A DNA stretch of 64,000 nucleotides from Macrostomum lignano. Its lineage: Eukaryota. The notes under the pieces were generated by a model. That model was not told where the DNA came from, made no database searches, and worked only from the letters and a program-made list of their open reading frames with translations. The translations under genes were made by a program, and so were the position numbers. The stretch covers positions 62,001 to 126,000 of the forward strand of contig NIVC01002674.1 in NCBI GenBank assembly GCA_002269645.1, read 5' to 3'. This document shows, in pieces, positions 52,562 through 64,000 of this stretch; within the stretch, counting starts at the first letter, position 1, and each line of letters begins with the position of its first letter.

Positions 52562-53791
52562 GGGTCTACGACGTTGCCAGCGAGACGTTTGCCTGCGAGA
52601 CGTTTGCCTGCCGACGTTTGCCAGCCGGACATTTGCAGGCGGCAATTGGTTAAAGAAGTATGCCCTCTATAGGCTTACATGTAATTGCATTTGAAAACTG
52701 TGGACATAGCACTAATCTAATTCCACCTCGCTCCCTACTACTACTATTAAATATACAGGTTACTAACAAACTACTGTTCAGGCTTATTGAAGTTATTGCT
52801 CTTGTCTGTTTAAATAGTAAGGTAAAAATACAAAATAGGAGTTTCCATTGACACAGTTGATGTCTATGTATGCCATGGAATGGCCCTTTCAATCTCAGTG
52901 GCCAAACAAGCTAAGTGTTTACAAGCTAAATGGGAAAAGACTGAGACATCCACAATGGTATTGGCCTAGTCTCGCCTATATATACTTAACTCAAAAGCCA
53001 AAGTCTGCTTAACGGAGTTTGGCCATGACAGCGTGCACTTGACAAGCTGCATTGGAATTAATTCGCTTACTTTTGGATCTCCCAATGAACTGGGAAATAT
53101 AAGCCAGAATTATCGTTCAGCAGTTCTTTCATTTGCTCAAAACTTGGCTCGCTGGAGATTCCCGTTTAAATTTGCGTGTCTGTCTTCATTCGCAAATCAA
53201 AACTGAAACATCTCAAACTGGGAAAAGCGATTCAAAACTGTCAGAAGTAAACTTTATAATATTTTCACATTTAAAGAAATTGTTGTTAAACTAGATGTTA
53301 GATTGATGAACTACATAATTTGTGTAAGTTTTGCTTTCGAACTTTGATACATGCGAATAACCGTCAAAAAGTTGGACTAAAAAACCATTAAACTGCGGAT
53401 GTTTCAGCATCAAATTTTTCACTCACTGACTTAATGTTGGCTGGCAAACCTTGGCTGGCAAACGTCGGCAGGCAAACGTCTCGCTGGCAAACGTCGGCTG
53501 GCAAACATCGGCAAGCAAACGTCCTGCAGGCAAACTTCGGCTGGCAAACGTCGACTGGCAAACGTCGACTGGCAAACGTCGACTGGCAAACGTCCCGCAG
53601 GCAAACGTCGGCTGGCAAACGTCCCGCAGGCAAACGTCGGCTGGCAAACGTCCCGCAGGGAAATGTCGGCTGGCAAACGTCCCACAGGCAAACGTCGGCT
53701 GGCAAGCGTCTTGCAAGGAAATGTCGGCTGGCAAACGTCCCGCAGGGAAATGTCAGCTGGCAAACGTCCCGCAGGCAAACGTCGCTATCCC
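52562..53791. mobile_element. Possible foldback/MITE-like element with inverted arms built from gacgtttgcc(a/t)gc repeats (52562-52640 and 53437-53791)
   Basis: The two arms carry the same ~15-bp unit in opposite orientation and have GGG/CCC ends; no convincing TSD. Confidence 0.45.
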
Positions 53792-54267
53792 GTTTTGAAT
53801 GGAATTAATCTATAACTACATGCAGCTTACTAAAAGAATTTTTTAAATCAAACGAAAAAATTGCCAAGTACAAACGCACACTGAATGTAAGTCATGATGC
53901 AATTAACGCAGATGTTTCGTCTCTTTTAGCTAAAAATCACCCTTATGAAGTTAACGCCTGGCGTATATACTTAATAGATATAAATAGTTAACTATAAATT
54001 TTGCATGTGCACTGAGACAAAAACTAGCGCAAATATATAAAAACTCATGAAAGATCAACAAACTGGCTGATTGACACGGTACAATGTCTGGCTTTATTGT
54101 TAAAATAAAAAATTGAGGAAGTCCATCAATAGTGAACAAGCCTTTTACATAGCCCCACGCAGATGAGACACTTCAATAGAGTAATATTTGATAATAGTAA
54201 ATTAAAAAACTTTTCAACATTTTACACGGTACTTGAAGTTCTTTAAGCTACTACTAAGTTTTGACCG

Positions 54268-55010
54268 ATCCTTACTGCTCTCTCATTGGTTGAGCTAGAT
54301 TGGGCCTGCCTCCTCGGCTGAGTTTCGTCTGCCTGTCTGGCTTTGACCTCTCTCCTTACTGCTCTCTCATTGGTTGAGCTAGATTGGGCCTGCCCCCTCT
54401 GCTGAGTTTCTTCTGCCTGTCTGGCTTTGACCTCTCTCCTTACTGCTCTCTCATTGGTTGAGCTAGATTGGGCCTGCCCCCTCTGCTGAGTTTCTTCTGC
54501 CTGTCTGGCTTTGACCTCTCTTCTTACTGCTCTCTCATTGGTTGAGCTAGATTGGGCCTACATGCGCCTTACGCTGAGTTTCGTCTGCCTGTCTGGCTTT
54601 GACCTCTCTCTCCTTACTGCTCTCTCATTGGTTGAGCCCGCCTGGCTTTTTCATCCGGAAATTGGTCGAAGAGAGTTCCGGAATTTCGTCCGGTGCGTAG
54701 TGCATTTTTCCCATTAAAAACCGGGAAAAAAGCCGGACGAAAAGTTTACAAAACGGACGAAAACATGAAAACCGGACCAAATCCGGATGATTTCGTCCGG
54801 ATTATATTTTGGTCCGGAAACCCACCAGACAACCGGACGAACTCGGATGAAAACCGGATTGCAACCGGATCAGAAAGCCAGGCGGGAGCTAGATTGGGCC
54901 TGCCTCCTCGGCTGAGTTTCGTCTGCCTGTCTGGCTTTGACCTCTCTCTCCTTACTGCTCTCTCATTGGTTGAGCTAGATTGGGCCTGCATGCGCCTTAC
55001 ACTGAGTTTC
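54268..55010. repeat. Minisatellite, 84-bp unit (cttactgctctctcattggttgagctagattgggcc...), interrupted by a MITE
   Basis: Unit starts at 54271, 54355 and 54439. Confidence 0.92.
54637..54886. mobile_element. EnSpm/CACTA-like MITE, 250 bp, inserted in an 84-bp unit
   Basis: TIR CCCGCCTGGCTTT (13 bp perfect, ~22 bp with 2 mismatches), many subterminal CCGGA motifs, and a 2-bp AG duplication relative to the intact unit (a 4-bp GAGC reading is also possible). Confidence 0.75.
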
Positions 55011-56189
55011 GTCCGTGCTCTGTGGCCGCAAACTGTGAGGAAGGTAATGAAATTTTAGCTGAAATTTAAGCGGCACAGCACATGCAAACTACTGCAAGAA
55101 AAGTAGACGCTCTACTTTTTCGCAACTTTCAATGCGAGTGCCATTTCTAGTTGTTTTAGAATCTATGGTATTAATTAAACCCAATCTATGCAGGAAAGCA
55201 AATTTTCTCACTTTGCTTCACATTTTAGTCACAGAATATTTACTCCCACGCATGCACAGAATAGATTGACGAGTTTCAACACAATTTAAAAAGGATACTC
55301 AAACTAACCCATTTTTTACATCTTGAAACGAATTCGACGATATTAAGTTTTGAACTTATTAATTTTCAATAGAGACAAGTAACTTAACTTAAAAAAAAGA
55401 ATAAGTGACGATTAAAATCAGTTGCAGCCAGAAAACAAGCGAAAAGTTATGCCAAATCTCGGGTGAGAGCATGCTCTGAAACTCGCCTATCTGTACAGTG
55501 TGTAAATGAAATTATTTGGAGACTATACATATTAAGACGAATCGACTTTTTAGACGTATCGATCTTTAACTGTGCATTACATCGACTTGAATAAAAAAGT
55601 AAATTAGCCAGGAAAATAAAGCTACTGTAACATAAATATGTGAAAAATAAATGGAGACAAATCAACTGATTTTGCAGTCATAAATGCTACATAAAAACAA
55701 CAAATATACAGCACGAGCGAGATATCATTATTTGCCTAAAATAGTTTCAATTTCGCGTAATACTACTTACTGACAGTAGCCGGAGCGGAAACGTAAAGTA
55801 ATATTCAGTGTTGAAAGAAATCGAAGAGAAGAGATTAAGCTACATAAATTGTGCATTAAAAGTCAATATAAACAAACCGGGCCAACCGTAAATGATAATA
55901 AATTCTTACTAAGTCCTTGGGCGAAGACTAATCTGATTAGCCATGACAACATATGATTTTTACGCAGCCAACAATAGTACAAGTAAACAGTATAATATGA
56001 AATGGTCAAAGCAAAACTGCCACTAAACTACATAAAGTAGTAGTCTAATTTTAATAGAAACTCACCTGAAAAGTGAATCATCCACTGCTTTAAGATAAAA
56101 ACCAAATTTCTGAATACAAAATCGGTCTGTACATTTAAAATAGATAGATCATTAACAATGTCCCAGTCGGACATCATTAATAGTAGTAG

Positions 56190-56605
56190 GATAGGGTGCG
56201 GTTCGTAGGGGCGGATAGAGGGCAAATCGTAGAGGTGGATGGAGGCGGCTCGTAGGACGGATAAGGGGCGAATAGGGGGGGTTCGTAGTGGCGGAGGGGC
56301 GGTTCGTAGGGCGGATAGGCGGCGGATAGGGGCGGTTCGTAGTGCGGATAAGGGGTTTTCCGCAGGGGCGGATGGAGGGCGGTTCGTAGGGCGGATAGGA
56401 GGCGGATAGGGGCGGTTCGTAAGGCAGATAAGGGGTGGTCCGCAGGGGCGGATAGACGGCGGTTCGTAGGCGCGGAGGAGCGGTTGGTAGGGCGAATAGG
56501 GGGCGATTCCTAGGGTTGGATAAAGGGCGGTTCGTAGGGGGCGGATAGGGGGCGGATCAAAGGGCCGATACTGGCGCAAATCAGAAGGCGGAAGGGGCGG
56601 CTCCG
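56190..56605. repeat. G-rich degenerate repeat (ggggcggttcgtagggcggata) 3' of ANKLE2
   Basis: Read directly. Confidence 0.8.
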
Positions 56606-56677
56606 CATGGATGTTAATTGATTGAAAATTGAAACACAGACAGCTTGTTAAAAATTTAAACAAAACTCATTCCAGCT

Positions 56678-59600
56678 TTAGTGGCCCAACGCAACAGAAT
56701 CGTGATCGAATGATTTATTAAGAGCGTCAGGCGTCTGACCCGTAGCGCCGCTCCTCGCCGCCAGCCGGCGCCGCGGGGTGCCACCGGCCGCTGCCGCCGC
56801 GGCCAGCCGACGCAACGACGGCGACGTTGGCAACGGCGACGCCAATGGAGACGCGGCCGCTAACGAAGGCGAAGGCGACGGCGAAGCGGGCAGCTGTAAT
56901 AACAGTTTAGATACGTCCTCGCTAGAGACGCTAGCCGCTGTATTGGCGCCAATCGATCGGCGCCAACGCGCCAAACTTGGATAGCGCTTTTGATCAATTT
57001 TAGAAGCAGACGAAGCCGGAGAGATCGCTTTGAGTACCTGCAGGTCGACTGGAGTCACTGGCCGCTTACTATGAGTAGTATTATTAATTCGGCTACTAGG
57101 CGAAGAGAAACTCAGACCCCCAGGCCTGGCGTTGGCGCCATTATTAACCACGAATTCAAACGGACTGGAAGTTGGCGCTGCACGACGCTGTTGCTGCTGT
57201 CTAGGGGTGCTCATTCGCGGCGCCTGCTGCTGCTTCGACAAGCGCGAAGTCGGCGGCGGCGGCGGAGAGCGAAATCGCGGATCGGCGCCAGATTTCCCGC
57301 TGGTCGATGCTTTCGTCAACGACGCCGGTAGCTGGGCGGCAGCGGCGGCTTTCTTAGAATCGGACAGGCCCCAGCGAGACACCCGCTCCAGGAATGAATC
57401 TGACAGGTCGGCGGATGCCTGCTGGCCATTGTCGCTGCCGTGACAACTATCGCGGGATAAATCCGTTAGTTCCTTTGTTTCGTCGGCGTCGTCGTCCTCG
57501 ATTGGACTGTCGCCGCCAAAGTCGCGATAATCAGTCCAGGGATCTGCGGCGGCGGCGGCGGCAGCGACAGCGGCGGCTCCGACGGCATCTTCGCCGCTAG
57601 TATTGGCAGACGCTGAGACGCCCAATTCTTTTTCCATTCGTTCATAGGCGTCGGTAAGCAGCCGATTCAGCCGGCTCAGCCCCTCGTCCGTAGCTAAATC
57701 GGCGAAATCGCCGTCGAAAAAATCCCAACGCTCGTGCCAAGCAATGCCGCCTAATGCCCGACAGAGAGCCCGGCCAGTGATCTCGTAGCCTTTGTCGTAG
57801 TCTAACAGCGGTGCGGCCGTCACCTCGGCTACGGCTGCAGCGGCTGCGTCGTCAACGTTGTCGTCGTTGGCGTCCACCTTGCCTACCATTGGCGGCGTCC
57901 GAAGCATGTTAGTAGGCGATTGGAATTCGAAACCGGCCGGCCGACCCGGCACAGGAGATGCCGGAGGCAGGCGAGGCGGTCGAGAAGACTCATAATCGTC
58001 GCTGTCCTCAAAGTATTTGTTGCCAGTAGTAGGCCAGTTGTCTTTGTCGGCGGTGGCGGCCGCAGCTGTTCGGCGACAGAATAACAGTACACGCGACGGG
58101 GCTCGCCAGCGTTCGTAGAGGCTGCGCGCCGTGTCCGGCTCGGCCGGGCCAGCGTAGGCGCGGACCAGCAGCCTGTGAGGCTGGTCCAGCATCTCCTGCA
58201 GGGCCCAAGCTGGCACTGGCTGGCTGACCCGAACAACACCAGTTGATACTTCGGCCACTAGAGGTACAAATTGGCCGGACAGAGCCAGACGCGTCTCGGC
58301 CAGCTGGCCAGCTGACGCGGAGTCGCAGCGCGAGCCAACAATCTCTAGTGCAGTCTGACCGGCATTGTTCAGAATATTAATATCGCATTCTCGCCTAGCA
58401 ACCAATAAGCGAATACATTCGGTGTAACAAAATTTAGCCGCAATGTGTAGCGGAGTTTCGCCCAGCGCCATCTCTCGGCCGTTTAAATAGAGATCTAATA
58501 ACCGATTGCGTCTACAGCGTCGAAGTTCTGCGCCAGTGTCTGCGTTAAGTCGACGCCAGAACTCGTCACCGGATAAGATGGCGAGCAGAAGTTTGATGAC
58601 GGCAGATTGATTGCGCAATGCGGCCTGTGAAATCATCGTAGAATTTGATTGGTTGTGTATATGAAATTTAAAAAAATCACGTGACAGATGGGTTACACTA
58701 CTGATTTGCAAGTAGCTTATTAGCGTCTTTTCTAAGGACAGCGGCAGGGAAACTAACTAAAAATATGGTCATACTACTGATTTGCAAGTAGCTTATTAGC
58801 GTCTTTTCTAAGGACAGCGGCAGGGAAACTAACTAAAAATATGGTCATACTACTGATTTGCAAGTAGCTTATTAGCATCATTTCTAAGGACAGCGGCGCA
58901 GAAACTAACAAAAAATATGGTTATACTACTGACTTGCAAGTAGCTTATTAGCGTCTTTTCTAAGGACAGCGGCAGGGAAACTAACTAAAAATATGGTCAT
59001 ACTACTGATTTGCAAGTAGCTTATTAGCATCATTTCTAAGGACAGCGGCGCAGAAACTAACAAAAAATATGGTCATACTACTGACTTGCAAGTAGCTTAT
59101 TAGCGTCTTTTCTAAGGACAGCGGCAGGGAAACTAACTAAAAATATGGTCATACTACTGATTTGCAAGTAGCTTATTAGCATCATTTCTAAGGACAGCGG
59201 CGCAGAAACTAACAAAAATATGGTTATACTACTGACTTGCAAGTAGCTTATTAGCGTCTTTTCTAAGGACAGCGGCAGGGAAACTAACTAAAAATATGGT
59301 CATACTACTGATTTGCAAGTAGCTTATTAGCATCATTTCTAAGGACAGCGGCGCAGAAACTAACAAAAAATATGGTCATACTACTGACTTGCAAGTAGCT
59401 TATTAGCGTCTTTTCTAAGGACAGCGGCAGGGAAACTAACTAAAAATATGGTCATACTACTGATTTGCAAGTAGCTTATTAGCATCATTTCTAAGGACAG
59501 CGGCGCAGAAACTAACAAAAATATGGTTATACTACTGACTTGCAAGTAGCTTATTAGCGTCTTTTCTAAGGACAGCGGCAGGGAAACTAACTAAAAATAT

Positions 59601-61015
59601 GGTCATACTACTGATTTGCAAGTAGCTTATTAGCATCATTTCTAAGGACAGCGGCGCAGAAACTAACAAAAAATATGGTCATACTACTGACTTGCAAGTA
59701 GCTTATTAGCGTTTTTTCTAAGGACAGCGGCACAAAAAGTAACCAAAATTATTGTCACACTACTGATTTTTAAGTAGCTTATTAGTATCTTTTTAAGGAC
59801 AGTGGCACAGAAACTAACCAAAAAATATATGTTGTTAAGCATCATTACCGAAGACAGCGACAGAGAAACTAACTAAAAATACGGTCAATACTACTGAGTT
59901 ATAAGTAGCTTATCAGCATCTGCGCTGGTGTAATAACCAGCAGTAAAAAGCCGAAAAATACATGTAAATGTGCACATACTACTGTTTAGTAAGTAGCTCA
60001 ACAGAATATTAGCTACAATAATGATGATGAGTGAAATAAGCAATAAAACCGGATGCTCACCTGGTGCAAGCAGTTGTACCTAAACCGAGGCATCAGCAGA
60101 GTAGGCGCATCGCAATCTGTCACCAAATGCTTTGGATTATTCCAGACCAGAGCTGAGACTGTACTCAAATCGCCAGAGATGATTGCGGCCTTCAACTGAT
60201 TGAGCTGCACTTGGGTGACACTTTTGAAGCTGTCCGTATCTTGGACAGCCGTGGCCAAACGGTCAGTTGAACCTCCCGGTTGCTGGGCACCGCCAGCCTT
60301 CGCTGGTCGCTTCGGTGTCAGCTGCTCAACTGTACTGCTGGCGAACTGCTTGGCCTCCGGATAAGAATTGAACACCTGGATAAATTTGTCGTTGTTGCCG
60401 CTTTCAGGTTAGTTATTTGCTGCTTATCAATCTGATACCCTTCTTTCAGCTATTCAGTGAGCCACTGCCACCCTCCCCTCAACCACTCAGTGAGCCACTA
60501 CCACCCTCCACTCAGTGAGCCACTACCACCCTCCCCTCAGCCACTCAGTGAGCCACTACCACCCTCCCCTCAACCATTCAGTGAGCCACTACCACCCTCC
60601 ACTCAACCACTCAGTGAGCCACTACCACCCTCACCTCAGCCATTCAGTGAGCCACTGCTACCCTTACCTCAGCCATTCAGTGAGCCACTGCTAGTCTACA
60701 ATATGAAACTCCTTAAAAGTAGATATATAAAACTTCCATATAAAGATAACTCACCTTATAGCGGGCATTCCTATGCTCTTTAAGCTTGGCCAGAGCCTCT
60801 CCACTGCTTGGAAATAGCAGCAGACGTTCGCGCCAAGCTTCAGAGCCAGAAGCAGCAACACACGGTGTGGCAACAGCATTCGATGCAGCACCAGCTGATG
60901 GAGTGGCTGGCAGACAGATAGCATAAATTCTGTCGAGACTGGCAAACTGGATGGCTTCAGGATCCTCAGGACAATCAAAGAATTGGTCTTCTTCATTTTC
61001 ACTGTTCTCACTCAT
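56678..61015 (-). CDS. ANKLE2: Ankyrin repeat and LEM domain-containing protein 2 orthologue (ANKLE2/LEM4), 3 coding exons, ~840 aa
   Basis: Exons 60755-61015, 60061-60375 and 56678-58624, all phase 0 with GT-AG ends. Motifs match the family: ARYK/VFNSYPEAKQFA, LVWNNPKHLV..D.PT......RYNCLH, LLDLYLN, ETPLHIAAKF, FVPLV, RAYAGP, KGYEITGRAL, WHERWDFF..FADL...EGL..L, and C-terminal VDLQVLKAI....ID...YPSLARW. Confidence 0.88.
58696..59900. repeat. Minisatellite, 76-bp unit with A/B alternation, ANKLE2 intron 2
   Basis: Units start at 58698, 58774 and onward; variants gcgtcttt..ggcaggga and gcatcatt..ggcgcaga alternate. Confidence 0.95.
60459..60692. repeat. Minisatellite, ~33-bp unit (ccactcagtgagccactaccaccctcccctcaa), ANKLE2 intron 1
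   Basis: Read directly. Confidence 0.88.
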
Positions 61016-61245
61016 GGCTTCCTGTGTTTGCTACAATTAATTAATAACTAACAGCTCAACTTTACTATGCCTTGAAGCTGTGGGTCAGCTAGGCACCTTA
61101 GCTGAATAATGTAATTTCGTCTCTGAAAAATATGGTTTAGCAAATTATGATAAGATAGTAGTAGAATTAAAATTAGTACAATTTTAAATGCAACATAAAC
61201 ATTTTATTAAATCATTTTAACTATTATTTAAATCAAATTTCTAGC

Positions 61246-61543
61246 CATACATGCGCAACAGTCGGCCGAGTCGGCCGATCCGGCCGACCGATTTGGCGGC
61301 CAATCAAGGAAGTCACAAAAATGCCCACCCAAAAAATAACCCAAGTAGTAGTACTAAGTAGCTGACGAGGCATTTTTGCTTAATAAAACAGTCATAGTTA
61401 CTCCTGCCGTTTACCCAAAGTTGCGTTAATTTTGCTATTGGGTTTTTTTATATGTAAGTCGCATTTTTGGCCAAAAACTACGTCGCATTTTTGTTAAAAC
61501 TAAGTCGCACGGCTGACCGAATTTTGGAGGTTGCACATGTATG
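61246..61543. mobile_element. hAT-type MITE, 298 bp, upstream of ANKLE2
   Basis: 14-bp TIR CATACATGCGCAAC / GTTGCACATGTATG (1 mismatch) and a perfect 8-bp TSD tttctagc (61238-61245 and 61544-61551). Confidence 0.9.
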
Positions 61544-62259
61544 TTTCTAGCATTCTAACAAATAGTACAAGTTAGTAACTAACTACTATATATTATAACT
61601 GATTTTGAAAGTTCTAAACCAGGGAAGCCTCGACCATAGAGGCTTCCCTGTCTAAACTTATATCTAAGTACATAGACAGTTTCTCTCTCTTTAAAACTTA
61701 AGAGTTCTTTGATCTTAACATATATTGTGTAAATAACACAGCTACTTGACAAGAATTGCAAAAATTGAAATTGAATTTTTATTCATCACTAATTGCCAGT
61801 GGCACATCCAGGGGGGGGGGGGCAAGGCCGGCCTAGGCTCCCATTAGGCCACCAGCCCCCTTGTGCCCCCCCCCCTACTTTCAGTTTTTTACTTTGGATT
61901 TTCCAAAAAATATTTTTAAAAACCTTTTTTCTCTTTACAATTTTAATTTTAGAAAGAATAGTTCCTATACAAGCACAAACAGTTGAAACCCACGGATTTT
62001 GAACCCAGGGAATTCCAATCCCTGGAATTATTTTTGCACATATTCTAAAATTTGAAGTCATACTCAAACAAAACCTTGTTAATAGTTAGGATGGAGATGA
62101 ACATAAAATGGAGTAAATTTGTGTAAAATATTGAGGAAAGCATTGGTCTTGTTGGCTGGGGTGCTACGCAGAACGTCAGGAAATGTCTTTCGAAAACATA
62201 TTGGCAAACTCTGGCCTTTGTCTCTGCCTCTCTCTATGTCCATCAGATCCTTTGAAACT

Positions 62260-63325
62260 TCTGTCTTCTCTTCTCTTTCTCTTATGTCTTCTCTTCCCTT
62301 TACCTCAGTCCTCAATTTGCTTCTCCTTTTTTTCTCATCTCTCTTTTTTATTCTTTTATCTCTGCTTTTTGATTTATTTTCATTTCTCTGCTCTCTCCTC
62401 TCTCCCCTCTTTTCACTCCTCACTCTCCCCTCTTCTCACTCCTCACTCTCCCTCTTCTCACTCCTCACTCTCTCCTCTTCTCACTCCTCACTCTCCCTTC
62501 TTCTCACTCCTCACTCTCCCCTCGTCTCACTCCTCACTCTCCCCTCTCTCGAAACTTCCCTCCTCTTCTTTCTACTTCTTTGCTCTCATTTCTCATCTCT
62601 TTTAGCATCTGTATTCTTTCTCCTCTCTTGTCTCAATCTTCTCTCCTATCTATTTCCTGTCTTATCTTCTCTCTCTCTTATCTCTAATCTGTACTCTCCT
62701 TTTTAATATCTCTCCTTTTCTCTCAACTCTTCTTTCTACTTTCTTTCCTCTACTCTCTCAGCTTTCCTCTTTATTCTCTCCTCCCTCTTTTATCTCTCAC
62801 CTCTCATCTCTCTGCTCTCCTATCTTTTTTTTGCTTTCTACTCTCTCCTTTCTCCATTATTCTCTTTCCTCTCTCCTTTTTCTCTTTCCTTCTCCCCCTG
62901 TTCTTTTGATTATCCTCCCTCTTAGCTCCTCTCTCCTCACTTCACTTTTCTCTCTCATTGTCTCTCCTCTTTGCTCTTATATATTTTTCTTGCATCTCTT
63001 CTTATCTCTATAATCTCTTCTTTCTTCTTTGTTCTAGCTCTACTCTCACATCTCTTGTCTCTACTCTTTCATGTCTCCTTTTTCCCTTTTCATCTTTCCT
63101 CTTTTCTTTCTGCTTGCTCATCTCCACCTTATAATCTCTCCTTTATCTACTCTTATCTCTTTACTCTTCCATCTTTACTTTTTTCTATCTCTTCTTTACC
63201 TTTTCTTATCTATTCTCTCCTCTCTTATCTTATCTCTCTCTTCTCACCTCTACTCTCTCCTCTCATTTCTCTCTCTTCATAATCTTTTTCTTTCTTTCCC
63301 CTCTTTTCTTACTTCTCTCCTCTCA
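62260..63325. repeat. CT-rich low-complexity tract
   Basis: Read directly. Confidence 0.85.
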
Positions 63326-64000
63326 TAGTAAAAATATGTGTGAACCAATGGAAATTCTAAAAGTTTTCTTAGGCCAAAAACATTTAGAATATTAGTTAAA
63401 TCAACTTAGCTATTGTATTCATTATAAGTTGCAAGGTATATTTGGATATCATTTTTACTTTTCAATAAAAATTTGCTTAAATTACAATAATTCAAAACTC
63501 AATTAGAGATATTGGTGCTACCCTTTCAGTTTTTACTAGGCCTCAACTACACAACTAGGCCTTCCTATCTTGAAACTTCTAGACACACCCTTGCTAATTG
63601 TACCACAGAGCTGATATATAGGCATATTGTGTAGCTGTTGGCAGTTGGCATACAAAAGACCAAAATATCATACTGCAAAACAGGGTCTTTTATTGTTGCA
63701 ATGCAAAAAAGGTCCTATATTGTTGCAATACTTTTATGATAATATACAGTATATATAAAATATATATTATGAATAAATTTGTTTTTCTAATACAAACTTT
63801 AAGTTACAATGTCAAGGGATCACTGTTTTTTACATATTGTATAATCTTTAAGAGTAGGTATGGCCCTATGTGAATGTGACTTGTTGACTTGGCAGAGTTC
63901 TAGTTTACTTCATTATATTATTTTGCCCTTTGTTAAATTATTTTACCCCATTTTTCTGCTTCGCAATTATAAGCCACTTCATGGTGGTGAAGTCATCCCG

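Noticed and set aside
61797-61880. CAGTGGCACATCCAGGGGGGG start resembling a hAT MITE left end
   Set aside because: No matching right end or TSD was found in the window.

Overview
This is eukaryotic (metazoan) genomic DNA with spliceosomal introns, so most of the supplied ORF track is repeat-derived or antisense noise. The architecture (GC-rich exons, introns filled with minisatellites, TTAGGG repeat) is reminiscent of a Macrostomum-like flatworm, but that is inference only. Three host genes lie on the minus strand: (1) a DEG/ENaC channel encoded in one long exon (11618-13603); (2) a 12-exon ATP-citrate lyase (ACLY, 16934-46309) reconstructed by hand to about 1110 aa, with a one-base frameshift in exon 6; (3) a 3-exon ANKLE2/LEM4 orthologue (56678-61015, about 840 aa). 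Mobile DNA: a near-complete Penelope-like retroelement (RT + GIY-YIG, with an upstream ORF and two compensating frameshifts, 315-3411); a 5'-truncated, inverted Penelope remnant carrying two decayed hammerhead-ribozyme motifs (49936-50516); a 3.4-kb non-autonomous Helitron with exact TC...CTAG ends at an A|T site, carrying telomere-like repeats and a minisatellite (32104-35482); a tRNA-derived SINE; two related hAT MITEs; and an EnSpm-like MITE. More than 20 distinct tandem-repeat families make up a large fraction of the window. No tRNA, rRNA or CRISPR array was recognised. All coordinates were read by eye: splice junctions and TE ends were checked base by base, while repeat-array boundaries are approximate.
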